The notes: generated by a model from the letters alone, not told the origin. Counted from the stretch's first letter, positions 34,843-45,605 are shown. The stretch is DNA of 64,000 nucleotides from Oscillospiraceae bacterium (GCA_029098185.1 JAQXNV010000017.1:66-64065); one strand, 5' to 3'. Numbers and translations: made by a program.

Positions 34843-35739
34843 TCATTGGGCAGCGTCGATATACTGCTTTAGTTCCCGGAAGATCCCTTCATATTCACTG
34901 CTAAAAGCGCTGCCCTTGTTCCAGAGAAAGGTGAAGTCCCGTTGCAGCTCAAATCCGGACAGGGGGATCTTTTGGAGGATGCCGTCAGCAATTTCCTGCG
35001 CTACAGCGGAGCGGTACAAAAAGGAGATGCCACAGTCATCGCAGAGCAGACGGACAATACAGTGGATGCTTTCCAGTTCCACCCGGTGATGAAAATCGCT
35101 GACCGATAAATTTTGCAATGCCAGCGCTTTAGCCAGAACAGCCCGAGTGCCAGAACCGGCTTCCCGCAGGAGCAGTCGTTCCCGGGTCAGATCCTGGAGC
35201 GTGTGGATCGGCTGCGCAAACCGGTGGTGGCTGGAGCATACGGCAATATATTCTTCCTGCTTGAATTGCCGTGTCTCGTAGTGGTCTGGCTTAAAATAGC
35301 CTTCCACAATGGCAAAATCCATATTGCCCTCTCGCAGATAGGATAGGAGCGTCTGGGTATTGCCGTAGCGAATGCGAAGATCCGTGTCGGGATGGGCGGA
35401 AATCAGCTTGCTAATGGCTGGCGGGATGATGTATTCGCCAATGGTCATGGTGACGCCAAAGGTCAGGATCTTTTTGTCCGATAGACTTTCCCGCATCCGA
35501 TTTTTCAGCGTCGTTTCATCGTTGCGCAGCGTTTCCAGGGTGGCGCGCAGTAATTCTCCGGCAGGGGTCAGGCGCAGCTTTTTCTTTTCCCGCAGGAACA
35601 GCGGCGTTTCATATTTTTCTTCCAGATAGCGAATGTGCTGAGAAACAGCCGGCTGTGTCAGGTTTAAAGCGGCGGCCGCCCGGGTAAAATTCATATATTC
35701 GCAGACCGTTAAAAATGTCTCGGTTCGAAAATCCAGCAT
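34843..35739 (-). CDS. LysR-family transcriptional regulator
   Basis: The HTH reads FLTVCEYMNFTRAAAALNLTQPAVSQHIRYLE. The start is at M9 of the ORF-track protein (RBS aggagg). It is divergent from the YeiH-like gene. Confidence 0.88.
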   Translation of the reverse strand: MLDFRTETFLTVCEYMNFTRAAAALNLTQPAVSQHIRYLEEKYETPLFLREKKKLRLTPAGELLRATLETLRNDETTLKNRMRESLSDKKILTFGVTMTIGEYIIPPAISKLISAHPDTDLRIRYGNTQTLLSYLREGNMDFAIVEGYFKPDHYETRQFKQEEYIAVCSSHHRFAQPIHTLQDLTRERLLLREAGSGTRAVLAKALALQNLSVSDFHHRVELESIHCIVRLLCDDCGISFLYRSAVAQEIADGILQKIPLSGFELQRDFTFLWNKGSAFSSEYEGIFRELKQYIDAAQ

Positions 35740-35775
35740 AAAAAGCCTCCTGTCCATGGGCAAATACCACGTTTG

Positions 35776-35803
35776 TTCCTATTATAAGAAATATTTATGG
35801 GAA
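35776..35803. promoter_or_regulatory. Candidate LysR-type operator
   Basis: Inverted repeat TTCCTAT-N14-ATGGGAA enclosing ATAA-N7-TTAT (T-N11-A pattern), in the divergent intergenic region. Confidence 0.45.
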
Positions 35804-35888
35804 TATCAAGATTTATCATTTTACAAAATCGTAAAAAACGGGTATAGTAGATAGTGCAAGAGAGAGTTTTTCAGAAAGGAACAAAAAC

Positions 35889-36935
35889 ATGAAGGAGTTT
35901 ATTCGAACAAGCTGGATGGGTATCCTATTCTGTCTGGCCGTAGCGGTACCGTGTTACTTTTTGGGGCAGTTGGTGCCGGTCATCGGCGGACCAGTGTTTG
36001 CGATCATCGCCGGTATCCTGCTGGGACTGCTGCTCAAGCGGAACGATACCATCGCACGCACGCTGGCACCCGGCGTCAAATTCACAGCAAAGAAAGTGCT
36101 GCAATACGCCGTCATCCTGTTGGGCTTTGGCATGAATTTGGAGGTCGTGTTGCAAACGGGCACCCAGTCTCTGCCCATCATCCTCTGTACCATCACCGTA
36201 TCGTTGCTGCTGGCCTTTATTTTACAGCGGGTACTGAAAATGCCCGGTAAGATCGCCACGCTCATTGGTGTGGGCTCGTCCATCTGCGGTGGTTCCGCCA
36301 TTGCGGCCACCGCTCCGGTCATCGACGCCGACGAGGACGAGGTAGCCCAGTCTATTTCCGTCATTTTCCTGTTCAACATTTTGGCGGCATTGATTTTCCC
36401 GTGGCTGGGAACAGCTCTGGGCTTTTCCACAACTACCGGCGATGCCTTTGGCGTCTTTGCCGGTACAGCTGTCAACGATACGTCCTCTGTGACAGCGGCT
36501 GCTTCTACCTGGGACAGTATGTACAATTTGGGCAGCCAGACGCTGGACAAGGCCGTTACGGTCAAGCTGACAAGAACGCTGGCCATCATCCCCATCACAC
36601 TGGGACTGGCTTTCTTCCGCACCCGCAAGACAAAGCAGCAGGGCGGCGAGAAGATCCCCTTTAAGAAGATCTTCCCCTTTTTCATTTTGTTTTTCATCGC
36701 TGCCAGCGTGATCACCACCATTGCGGTTGCCTGCGGCGTTCCGGCAAACTTTTTCACGCCGGCAAAAACACTGTCGAAGTTCCTCATCGTCATGGCCATG
36801 GCCGCCATCGGCTTTAACACAGACGTCGTAAAGCTCATCAAGAGCGGCGCCAAACCCATCCTGCTTGGGTTTTGCTGTTGGGCAGGCATCACCGGCACTA
36901 CGCTGGGATTGCAATCGCTCCTGCACATTTGGTAA
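35889..36935 (+). CDS. YeiH/UPF0324-family membrane protein (putative sulfate-exporter family)
   Basis: About 10 TM helices with GSSICGGSAIAA and FAGTAVNDTS motifs. It shows the classic divergent LysR (YeiE-like) pairing. Confidence 0.82.
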   Translation: MKEFIRTSWMGILFCLAVAVPCYFLGQLVPVIGGPVFAIIAGILLGLLLKRNDTIARTLAPGVKFTAKKVLQYAVILLGFGMNLEVVLQTGTQSLPIILCTITVSLLLAFILQRVLKMPGKIATLIGVGSSICGGSAIAATAPVIDADEDEVAQSISVIFLFNILAALIFPWLGTALGFSTTTGDAFGVFAGTAVNDTSSVTAAASTWDSMYNLGSQTLDKAVTVKLTRTLAIIPITLGLAFFRTRKTKQQGGEKIPFKKIFPFFILFFIAASVITTIAVACGVPANFFTPAKTLSKFLIVMAMAAIGFNTDVVKLIKSGAKPILLGFCCWAGITGTTLGLQSLLHIW

Positions 36936-37048
36936 GAAGAGACAGCGCAAAAATAACGATCCCCTGCCTGATTCCTACGGCACGCAAAAACGTGGGCAAA
37001 GGAAATCGGGCAGGGGACGTTGTGGCTTTAATCGAAAGGGACTTAAGC

Positions 37049-37483
37049 TCAGATCACATAGTCGTGGGTATATCGTTCTCGCTGCTGGTCCAGTAGGTCC
37101 TGCAAGGTAACGCTGTCCAGATATTCGTTGATGATGCGGTCCAGCCCTTTCCAGACGGGAAGGGTTGCCGGTTCATTGCCGGGACCATTGGCAATTTCGC
37201 TGTAGTCCATGGGAATGGGCCGCAGATCCCCTTCGGTCAGCCGAAAGATCTCGCCGACGGTGCAGTGGTCGGGACTTTTGGCCAGTTGGTAGCCGCCCTG
37301 GAATCCCCGGGTCGTTTTGAGCAGGTCAGATTTATTGAGGATCGGCACGATCTGCTCCAAATATTTTTTGGAAATTTTCTGCCGCGATGCGATCTCCTTC
37401 AGCGAAATAAAGCCGTCTGCCTGATGCTCCGCCAGATCCAGCAGCATACGCAGCGCGTAACGTCCTTTGGTGGATATTTTCAT
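37049..37483 (-). CDS. Rrf2-family transcriptional regulator
   Basis: MKISTKGRYALRMLLDLA...ISLKEIASRQKISKKYLEQI. Confidence 0.88.
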   Translation of the reverse strand: MKISTKGRYALRMLLDLAEHQADGFISLKEIASRQKISKKYLEQIVPILNKSDLLKTTRGFQGGYQLAKSPDHCTVGEIFRLTEGDLRPIPMDYSEIANGPGNEPATLPVWKGLDRIINEYLDSVTLQDLLDQQRERYTHDYVI

Positions 37484-37692
37484 TGGAAGCTCACCTCATC
37501 CTTGTAATACACCTATAATAACATCTTTTTAGTAGGTTTTCAAGAGGGGGAGGATGAAAAAATGGAAGATTCCCTCGACAATGCTTGACAAGGTGGTCAG
37601 GATATGATACCTTTATAGTACAGTATTCATATATGTAAACTAGTATTTTGCAAAATTCACTTTTCCATCAGGAAGAATCAGGAGGAATGTTT

Positions 37693-38460
37693 ATGTGTGA
37701 GATTCTTGGATTTTCAGCCCAGGATCCACAAAATATCAACGGCTATCTGCGTACCTTCTACAGTCACAGCGTCGCCCATCCCGATGGCTGGGGGCTGGCC
37801 ACCTTCGAAAAAGGCCATGTCTGCATCCGAAAGGAGCCGGTCCGCGCCATCGACAGCCAGCGCTTGCCGAAGGTCCTGGACCATCTGGGCACCCATCAGG
37901 TCCTGATGGCGCACATCCGTTTGGCTACCGTTGGCAGCATCAATCCGAAAAACTGCCATCCTTTTTCCAGGCGGGACAACAGCGGCGTGGAGTGGACGCT
38001 GATCCACAACGGGACCATCTTCAACGGACTGGAGCTGTTTCCTTACGAATCCCAGCAAAAGGGCAGTACCGACAGCGAGCGGGTACTGCTGTACCTGGTA
38101 GATCAGATGAACCACGCCATCGGGAAAAACGGCGGGCCCCTGTCACCGGAAGAGCGATTTTTGCTGTTGGAGCAGGCGGTGAAACGGCTGTCTTACCGGA
38201 ATAAATTAAACCTGCTTTTGTACGATGGAACATTTCTTTATGTGCACACCAATATGCTGGGGACGCTCCACTACAAGACCTGGGAAAACAGTGTGCTTTT
38301 CTCCACAGCGCCCCTGGAAGAAACGGGGTGGCATCAGGTGCCCATGACGACGCTGTTGGTGTATCGGGACGGAAAGCTGTTGCGGCAGGGCGAAAATCAT
38401 CACACAGAATTTTTTGATACGCTGCACATCAGCAGCATGGAATTTGAGTATAACATCTAG
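37693..38460 (+). CDS. Class II (Ntn-type) glutamine amidotransferase-like protein
   Basis: The start MCEILGF places the nucleophilic Cys right after Met. RLATVG...NCHPF is present. GGAGG lies 7 nt upstream of the ATG at 37693. Confidence 0.78.
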   Translation: MCEILGFSAQDPQNINGYLRTFYSHSVAHPDGWGLATFEKGHVCIRKEPVRAIDSQRLPKVLDHLGTHQVLMAHIRLATVGSINPKNCHPFSRRDNSGVEWTLIHNGTIFNGLELFPYESQQKGSTDSERVLLYLVDQMNHAIGKNGGPLSPEERFLLLEQAVKRLSYRNKLNLLLYDGTFLYVHTNMLGTLHYKTWENSVLFSTAPLEETGWHQVPMTTLLVYRDGKLLRQGENHHTEFFDTLHISSMEFEYNI

Positions 38461-38471
38461 GGGGAATCCAC

Positions 38472-39854
38472 ATGATTGCTGCAACACCATTGGATAAGGC
38501 AATTTATCAGAAATATATCGAACCGACCGAGCGGAAAAGACGATCTCATGTTGGCGTGGAATTTGAACTGCCCATTGTCAACCTGAAAAAAGAACCGGTG
38601 GATTTCGCAGTGATCCACCAACTGACAGATGCTTTTCTGAAGCAGTTCCCCTTTGACCAGATCAGCCGGGACGATGAGGGCCATATCAACGCAGCCGCTT
38701 CCTCCAAAACAGGAGACAGCCTGTCCTATGATTGCAGCTACAATACCCTGGAGCTTTCCTTTGGCGTGGAAGATGATCTTTCTGTTCTGCACCGGAGATT
38801 TACGGAATACTATACCTTTTTGCAGGAGCAGTTACAGCGGTCACACCATATGCTGACCGGAATGGGCATCAACCCGTATCATGAATACAATCGAAAGGAG
38901 CCCATCCCCAATGGCCGTTACCGGATGCTGTTCCATCATTTGCAATCTTACCAAAACTATGGCGATGTGATCCCGTTCCATACCCATCCGGATTTTGGCC
39001 TGTTTTCCTGCGCCTCTCAGGTACAGTTGGATGTAGAGCGGGATGATATTCCCGAAACGCTCAATACGTTCAATCGTCTGGAGCCGCTGAAAACACTGCT
39101 GTTTGCCAATTCTCTCTGGGGAGAGCAGCACACGCTTTTGTGCAGCCGGGACCAGTTTTGGAAGAACAGTCTCCACGGCCTCAACCGCCGTAACGTGGAT
39201 CTATACGAGGTGGAATTCCAGTCTGTAGCGGAAGTGGTCGATTATCTGAAATCCATGAGCCTTTACTGCGTGGAGCGGGGGGACAAGTATCTCAATTTCC
39301 GGCCAACGCCTCTGGAAACGTACTTTGCTTTTCGCCAGATCACCGGAGAATATTTTGACGGCCAGGGCTATCAAACGCTTGCCTTTACGCCGGAGCTGGA
39401 GGACCTTGCCTATCTGCGTTCTTTTAAGCTGGTCGACCTGACGTTCCGGGGCACCATCGAGTATCGAAGCATCTGCGCGCAGCCCGTTGCAGAGATCATG
39501 GCGCCGGCGGCGTTCCATGCGGGATTGGCGGAAAAGCTGCCGGAGCTGACACAGCTTTTGGCAGAGGATACAGCGCTGTACGGCAGCGGATACAGTCCCA
39601 TTGCCCTGCGGGAGCGGCTGAACCAGCGGGGGTGGCCATCCTTTTTGGAGAAGGAGAAGATCTCCAAGCTGCTGCTGCAAGTGCTGTCTCTGGCAGAGGA
39701 CGGATTGCGCAAGCGGGGGAAAGGCGAGGAACGGTTTTTGCAGTCTTTGTACCGCCGGGCAGAGCAACTGAAAAGTCCCGCCCTGGAGATGGCAGAGGGC
39801 TTAGAAAGCGGCAAAACGGTAGAGGATTACATCATCGCCTACGCAAAACCATAA
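38472..39854 (+). CDS. Glutamate-cysteine-ligase-like carboxylate-amine ligase (GCS2-type)
   Basis: HVGVEFELPIV matches the N-terminal motif of the family, and the 460-aa size fits. The assignment is from memory, not from a search. Confidence 0.6.
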   Translation: MIAATPLDKAIYQKYIEPTERKRRSHVGVEFELPIVNLKKEPVDFAVIHQLTDAFLKQFPFDQISRDDEGHINAAASSKTGDSLSYDCSYNTLELSFGVEDDLSVLHRRFTEYYTFLQEQLQRSHHMLTGMGINPYHEYNRKEPIPNGRYRMLFHHLQSYQNYGDVIPFHTHPDFGLFSCASQVQLDVERDDIPETLNTFNRLEPLKTLLFANSLWGEQHTLLCSRDQFWKNSLHGLNRRNVDLYEVEFQSVAEVVDYLKSMSLYCVERGDKYLNFRPTPLETYFAFRQITGEYFDGQGYQTLAFTPELEDLAYLRSFKLVDLTFRGTIEYRSICAQPVAEIMAPAAFHAGLAEKLPELTQLLAEDTALYGSGYSPIALRERLNQRGWPSFLEKEKISKLLLQVLSLAEDGLRKRGKGEERFLQSLYRRAEQLKSPALEMAEGLESGKTVEDYIIAYAKP

Positions 39855-39867
39855 GAAAATAGCGCAG

Positions 39868-39903
39868 CACCTCCCAGGGAATCATGCCGTGGGAGGTGTT
39901 TTT
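39868..39903. terminator. Terminator between the ligase gene and the convergent ttcA
   Basis: CACCTCCCA-N13-TGGGAGGTG followed by TTTTT. Confidence 0.8.
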
Positions 39904-39915
39904 GCGTTGCAAAGG

Positions 39916-40734
39916 TCAATAGCGCTCTAAAAAGCTGTGGATGGTGTCGCTGTCACTGGTTCGGTAGCCGATGATCGTTTCCAGGTTGACGTTGTGGACG
40001 CTGGCAAAAATATTTTTGTCCACATTGGGAGAATCCTTTCGGAGCTGCCGGATCAGTTGCTTTACAAACTGTCGCTTGGAATCGGCGATCATCTCGGCAC
40101 TGGCGGTAAAATGGCAGGCGCACTGCAAAAAGGTCAGGTCGTTGTAATTTTTCCAACTGATGATCTGCTCCTCTTTCACCAGGTACAGGGGACGGATCAG
40201 CTCCATGCCGGGGAAATTGGTGCTGTGGAGCTTTGGCATCATGGTTTTGTATTCGCCAGCGTACAGGGTGCTCATGAGGATCGTCTCCACCACATCGTCA
40301 AAATGGTGACCCAGGGCGATCTTATTGCAGCCCAGCGATTTTGCAAATTTATACAGGTATCCCCGCCGCATCCGCGCGCAAAGATAACAAGGGCTTTGTT
40401 GGATGTTATCCACCACATTAAAAATGGGCGCTTCAAAAATATGGATGGGGATCTGTAAGCATTGGGCATTGTATTCGATCTGCCGGCGATTTTCCGGCGC
40501 ATAGCCCGGATCCATGACAAGATACTCTACAGAAAAAGCAAAATCGCTGTATTTTTGCAGGTGCTGCATACATTTTGCCAGCAGCATGGAATCCTTTCCG
40601 CCGGAGATGCACACCGCTACCTTGTCGCCTTCCTGCAAAAGCTGGTAATCTTTAATGCCACCGATAAACCGGTTCCAAATTGTTTTGCGGTATTTTTTGA
40701 TGATGCTCCGCTCCACTTCCAAGTGTTTTTCCAT
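39916..40734 (-). CDS. ttcA: TtcA-family tRNA 2-thiocytidine synthetase (PP-loop ATPase)
   Basis: SGGKDS PP-loop and CYLCARMRRG. Confidence 0.85.
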   Translation of the reverse strand: MEKHLEVERSIIKKYRKTIWNRFIGGIKDYQLLQEGDKVAVCISGGKDSMLLAKCMQHLQKYSDFAFSVEYLVMDPGYAPENRRQIEYNAQCLQIPIHIFEAPIFNVVDNIQQSPCYLCARMRRGYLYKFAKSLGCNKIALGHHFDDVVETILMSTLYAGEYKTMMPKLHSTNFPGMELIRPLYLVKEEQIISWKNYNDLTFLQCACHFTASAEMIADSKRQFVKQLIRQLRKDSPNVDKNIFASVHNVNLETIIGYRTSDSDTIHSFLERY

Positions 40735-40823
40735 AGTGGGACCTCTTTTCTGAAAACTTCTGCTTTTATTTTACAGGATTTTGCCGGGAGATACAAGTTT
40801 GTGTAAAGAAAAGAAATTTTCCA

Positions 40824-40884
40824 TTGACAAATCGATGAGACGAGGGTATACTAAGAGCAATACACCCCCAGGGGGTGGGGGTAT
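40824..40884 (+). promoter_or_regulatory. cop promoter with a CsoR-type operator
   Basis: TTGACA (40824-29), a 17-nt spacer, then TATACT (40847-52). It is followed by the G/C-tract pseudo-palindrome ATACACCCCCAGGGGGTGGGGGTAT (40860-84). Confidence 0.75.
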
Positions 40885-40898
40885 TGGAGGTGATTTTT

Positions 40899-43535
40899 AT
40901 GCAGCAACGCTATCGGGTGACCGGCATGAGCTGTGCGGCTTGCTCGGCAAAAGTGGAGCGGGTAGTCGATCATCTGCCGGGCGTGGAAAAAGCGCAGGTC
41001 AACCTGTTAGCGAATACCATGGTCGTATCCTATGACGAAACGGTCGTCACAGAGGAATCCATTATAGAGGCCGTAGCCCATGCCGGCTATGGCGCTGTCC
41101 CGGTGCGGGAGGAAGCAGAGCTGGGTCCGTTGCCGTTGTCCCAGCGGGAAAAGGCGTCGGCGGAAGAAGAAAAGACGGTGCGTAAGATGCGCAACCGCTT
41201 GCTGCTTTCCATCGGGTTTTTGGTCCCGCTCATGTATCTTGCCATGCACCATATGCTGTGGGAATGGTTTCGTTTGCCCATCCCGCCCTTTATGACATCC
41301 TGGTTTCACGGCCCAGAAAACGGCCTGACCTTTGCGTTCACCCAGCTTTTGCTGGTGACGCCGATTTTATATCTCAACCGAAAGTATTTTCAAAACGGGT
41401 TTCGTGCCCTGATTCATTTGTCGCCCAATATGGATACCCTGATCGCTGTCGGTTCGTCAGCGTCTGTGCTGTACGGCATCTACACGATTTACGTCATCGG
41501 TATCGCCTTAGGGCACGGCGATCTTGCCACGGTGTCGGATCATACCATGGACCTTTACTTTGAGTCGGCGGGAACGATCTTAACGCTGATCACCCTGGGC
41601 AAATATCTGGAGACCCGCTCCAGGGGCAAAACGACAGAGGCCATCACCAAGCTGATGGATCTTGCGCCAAAGACAGCTACCGTTTTGCGGGACGGCATAG
41701 AGACAGAGCTGCCCATTTCGTCGGTGCAGGTAGGGGATACCGTGGTGGTCCGCACAGGGCAGAGCATCCCCGTAGACGGCACTGTGCTCAGCGGAACAGC
41801 TTCTGTGGACCAGTCGGCCATTACGGGAGAGAGCATCCCGGTGGAAAAACAGGCGGGGGACAGTGTGACCGGCGCAACGATGAACCAGTCAGGCTACCTA
41901 CAGATCCGGGCCGACAAGGTAGGCAAGGATACCACGTTATCCCAGATCATTCAACTGGTGGAGGAGGCCAGCGCCTCGAAAGCGCCCATTGCAAAGCTGG
42001 CCGATCAGATCAGCGGGATCTTTGTGCCCATCGTCATTTCCATCGCCATCCTCGCCATGATCGTATGGCTTATGGTGGGACAACCTTTTTCTTTTGCGCT
42101 GTCCATCGCCATTGCGGTGCTGGTCATTTCCTGTCCCTGCGCACTGGGTCTGGCCACACCGGTGGCCATTATGGTCGGCACCGGAAAAGGCGCCGCCAGC
42201 GGCATACTGGTCAAATCATCAGAAGCGCTGGAAACGGCCCACAAGATCGATACTGTTGTGCTGGATAAGACCGGCACCATCACCGAGGGCAAGCCGCAGG
42301 TGACGGATGTGTACTATGGCGACTGTTTCTCGCTGGAAGAATTTTTGCAGATCGCCGTGTCGCTGGAGATTGGCTCAGAGCATCCTCTGGCCGACGCTGT
42401 TGTAGCCTACGGAAAAGCGCAGGGGATCCAGGCAGAGCCGGTAAGCTTTTTCCAGTCCATAGCCGGGCGGGGCGTTGCCGGACAGCTTCAGGGAAAGCAG
42501 TATCTGGCCGGCAATTTACAGATGATGCAACAGCGGGGCATTTCTGTTTCCCAGTGCGCACAGACGGCGGATCGTCTGGCAGATCAGGGCAAAACAGCGC
42601 TGTATTTTGCTGAGGACGACCATCTTATCGGCCTCATCGGCGTAGCGGATACCGTAAAGCCCTCCAGCGTGTCGGCTGTACGGTCGTTGAAGGCCATGGG
42701 GATCTCTGTCGTGATGCTCACCGGTGATAACCGGCGCACAGCCGAGGCGATCTGCCGTCAGGTGGCGGTGGATCGTGTCGTGGCAGAGGTTTTGCCGCAG
42801 GAGAAAGAGCAGGAGATCCGCAAGCTCCAGTCAGAGGGGAAACGGGTGGCCATGGTAGGTGACGGCATCAACGATGCCCCGGCGTTGACCCGGGCAGATG
42901 TGGGCATTGCCATCGGTGCCGGAACAGACATCGCCATAGAATCTGCCGACATTGTGCTGATGAAGAATTCTCTGCAAGATGTCGTTACCGCCATCCAATT
43001 GAGCAAGGCGGTACTGCGCAATATCAAAGAAAACCTGTTTTGGGCATTTTTCTATAATACCTGTGGGATCCCCCTGGCAGCCGGCGTATTTTACGGATTG
43101 CTGGGCTGGAAATTAAATCCCATGTTTGCCGCAGCAGCCATGAGCTTCAGCTCTGTCTGCGTGGTGCTCAATGCGCTGCGCCTGAAGTTCTTCCGGCCAA
43201 AACCGGTAGAGGACAGCGTAGAGAACGATACACAACCGGTTGGATCCGTTGCGCAAGCGACGTTTTCCATTGCAAATCCCAAAGCATCAGAGAAAAAGGA
43301 GTGCATCACCATGAAAAAAGTAATGACGATCGAAGGCATGAGCTGCAATCACTGCAAAATGGCCGTGGAGCGAGCGCTGAAAAAGGTTTCCGGCGTTACC
43401 GATGCCATTGTAGACCTGGCGGAAAAGCAGGCTGTCATCACGTTGTCCGAAGCCGTTGCGGACCAGGCGTTGATGGATGCGGTCAACGAAGAAGGCTTTA
43501 CCGCTGTGCGTGTAGAAAGCGCGTGTGACCGATGA
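40899..43535 (+). CDS. copA: Copper-translocating P1B-type ATPase with N-terminal and C-terminal HMA domains
   Basis: [29 protein letters not shown] and GDGINDAP motifs. The C-terminal 74 aa form a second HMA domain ([12 protein letters not shown]). GGAGG lies 8 nt upstream of the ATG. Confidence 0.92.
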   Translation: MQQRYRVTGMSCAACSAKVERVVDHLPGVEKAQVNLLANTMVVSYDETVVTEESIIEAVAHAGYGAVPVREEAELGPLPLSQREKASAEEEKTVRKMRNRLLLSIGFLVPLMYLAMHHMLWEWFRLPIPPFMTSWFHGPENGLTFAFTQLLLVTPILYLNRKYFQNGFRALIHLSPNMDTLIAVGSSASVLYGIYTIYVIGIALGHGDLATVSDHTMDLYFESAGTILTLITLGKYLETRSRGKTTEAITKLMDLAPKTATVLRDGIETELPISSVQVGDTVVVRTGQSIPVDGTVLSGTASVDQSAITGESIPVEKQAGDSVTGATMNQSGYLQIRADKVGKDTTLSQIIQLVEEASASKAPIAKLADQISGIFVPIVISIAILAMIVWLMVGQPFSFALSIAIAVLVISCPCALGLATPVAIMVGTGKGAASGILVKSSEALETAHKIDTVVLDKTGTITEGKPQVTDVYYGDCFSLEEFLQIAVSLEIGSEHPLADAVVAYGKAQGIQAEPVSFFQSIAGRGVAGQLQGKQYLAGNLQMMQQRGISVSQCAQTADRLADQGKTALYFAEDDHLIGLIGVADTVKPSSVSAVRSLKAMGISVVMLTGDNRRTAEAICRQVAVDRVVAEVLPQEKEQEIRKLQSEGKRVAMVGDGINDAPALTRADVGIAIGAGTDIAIESADIVLMKNSLQDVVTAIQLSKAVLRNIKENLFWAFFYNTCGIPLAAGVFYGLLGWKLNPMFAAAAMSFSSVCVVLNALRLKFFRPKPVEDSVENDTQPVGSVAQATFSIANPKASEKKECITMKKVMTIEGMSCNHCKMAVERALKKVSGVTDAIVDLAEKQAVITLSEAVADQALMDAVNEEGFTAVRVESACDR

Positions 43536-43804
43536 CAGGGGATAAGACAGCAATTCAGCGGCTGATCAAAACGGCCCGTGGGCAGTTGGACGGCATTTTG
43601 CGGATGATCGAGGAGGATCGTTACTGCGTGGATATTTCCAACCAGCTCATGGCGACCCAGGCCATATTGCGAAAAGCCAATCAGGAGATCATTCTTGCCC
43701 ATCTCAATTGCTGTGTCCGCAAGGCGTTTGCCAGCGGCAGCGAAGATGAGCAAAAGGAAAAGCTGGAAGAGATCAAGCGCATCCTGGACAAAATGGCAAA
43801 ATAA
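43532..43804 (+). CDS. csoR: CsoR-family copper-sensing repressor
   Basis: 90 aa with [10 protein letters not shown]...AHLNCC (the C-H-C ligand pattern). ATGA overlap with copA. Confidence 0.9.
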   Translation: MTGDKTAIQRLIKTARGQLDGILRMIEEDRYCVDISNQLMATQAILRKANQEIILAHLNCCVRKAFASGSEDEQKEKLEEIKRILDKMAK

Positions 43805-43828
43805 TACAAATAAGCACCTTGTGTTAAA

Positions 43829-43866
43829 AAGCCCTCCCGCCGTTTGATGGAACGATGGGAGGGCTT
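43829..43866 (+). terminator. Terminator after csoR
   Basis: AAGCCCTCCC-N18-GGGAGGGCTT. The T-tract is weak. Confidence 0.6.
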
Positions 43867-44021
43867 ATGATATTTTCAGACAAAACTAGATTTTTGGGGT
43901 GTGTTATTGGCTAAAATTTATCATGAAAGCGTTAATGATAAAAATTAGGCAATAGCTTATTGACAGGTATCTTTTTGTCCGATTATAGTAAAATAAATCA
44001 TATCACAAAGGGGTGCGCTTC

Positions 44022-45605
44022 ATGAAAGGAAGTAAAAAAGTATTGTCTGTCGGTATGGGGGTCATCCTTGCGGCAAGCATAACCAGTGTGTTAGCGGGAT
44101 GCGGGGAAACTGCTGCTCCGGCGGCAACACAGAGTGCCAGCACAGATCAGTCTGCAACGTAAAAGGTCATCAATTACGGCATCAGCTATCACAGTGAAGA
44201 AGGCGTTGATCCGCAGGTTGGTTACACGGGATGGTACACGGTTCGATTTGGCATCGGTGAGACGTTGGTGAAAATTTCCGACACAGGTACACTGGAGCCA
44301 TGGCTGGCCGAAAGCTGGAAGATGGACGGCAATACCTGGACGATCCAGCTAAAAGACGGGATCAAGTTTTCTAACGGCAAACCAGTTGATGCCGCTGCGG
44401 TAAAGGCTTGCTTTGAGCGTCTCTTGTCCCAGCATGAAAGAGCAAAAGGGGATCTGAATATCCAGTCCATGTCGGCCGATGGCCTGACGCTGACCATCAA
44501 AACAAAGGGTGAGAACATCACGCTGATGAATGATCTTTGCGACCCATATGCGTCCATCATCGACGTATCAGAAAAGATCGATACCAATACTTCCGTAGTG
44601 GGCACTGGTCCATATAAATTGATCGAGAGCAACCTGGAAGGCGTTTATGTTGAGAAGAATGAAAACTACTGGAATGGAGAAGCAAAGGTCGACAAGATCA
44701 ACTTTATTTCCTTCTCCGATCCCGACACCCTTGGCATGGCGCTGCAAAATGGAGATCTCGATGCGGCGTACGGCCTTACGGGAACCGATTATGTAGACCT
44801 GATCCAAAAAACAGACGGCTACAAGATCAGCCAGGTGCCAACATCTACAAGAAATATCGGTGTTTTTTATAATACTGCCAGCGGTTTTATGCAGGATGCA
44901 GCAGTCCGTCGCGCAATCTCCATGTGTTTTGATAAGGAGAGCTTCTGCGAGATGATCATGAGCGGTGACGCGGAAGTGGCAACCTCTGCGTTCCCCTCTA
45001 CCTTCCCTTATGGCGATGGCAAGGTGAGCGATGTTTCCTTTGACATTGACGGAGCGAAAAAGGTGCTTTCTGAGGCTGGTTATGTGGATACAGACGGAGA
45101 CGGCTATGTGGATAAAGACGGAAAGAATGTCACGATCAAATGGGTCACCTACGGATCAGAAGATTCCCTGCCAAAGCTTGCAGAAGTTACACAGGCAAAC
45201 CTGAAACAGGTTGGGATCAAGGCAGACATTGAAGTGGTGGATAGCCTTGCGCCACGGCTGCAGGAAGGAAAATTCGATCTGTTTGGCATGGTTTACACCT
45301 CTACCGCTACCGGCGATCCCCAATACTACTTCACTAACTTTTTTGAAAAGGGCGGCGGATATTCTTACACCAACTTTGAGGATAAGGAATTTAGTCAGCT
45401 CTTAGAGGAATTAAAGCAGGAAACCGATACCGAAAAGCGTGGGGAATTGTCTGTAAAGCTGGAACAGATCCTTCTGGACAAAAATGTCTGCACACAGATC
45501 GGACATAAAAAATCTGTAACGCTGATGAAGGCAGGCGTTACAGGCATGGATGCCAGTATGTCAGACTTCTACATCACCACAGTGGATACAGACATCAATC
45601 AATAA
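44022..45605 (+). pseudogene. ABC transporter substrate-binding lipoprotein (family 5, peptide/nickel type), interrupted by an in-frame TAA at 44160-44162
   Basis: A lipoprotein signal (MKGSKKVLSVGMGVILAASITSVLAGC) runs in frame into TAA. The same frame then continues KVINYGISYHSEEG...WYTVRFGIGETLVKI... through a complete SBP_bac_5-like domain. No permease or ATPase genes are adjacent. Confidence 0.8.

Noticed and set aside
37590-37650. An Rrf2 operator in the divergent region (AT-rich TAGTACAGTATTCATATATGTAAACTAGTA).
   Set aside because: Apart from the central ATATAT, the arms are not convincingly palindromic, and I cannot match it to a defined Rrf2-family box from memory.
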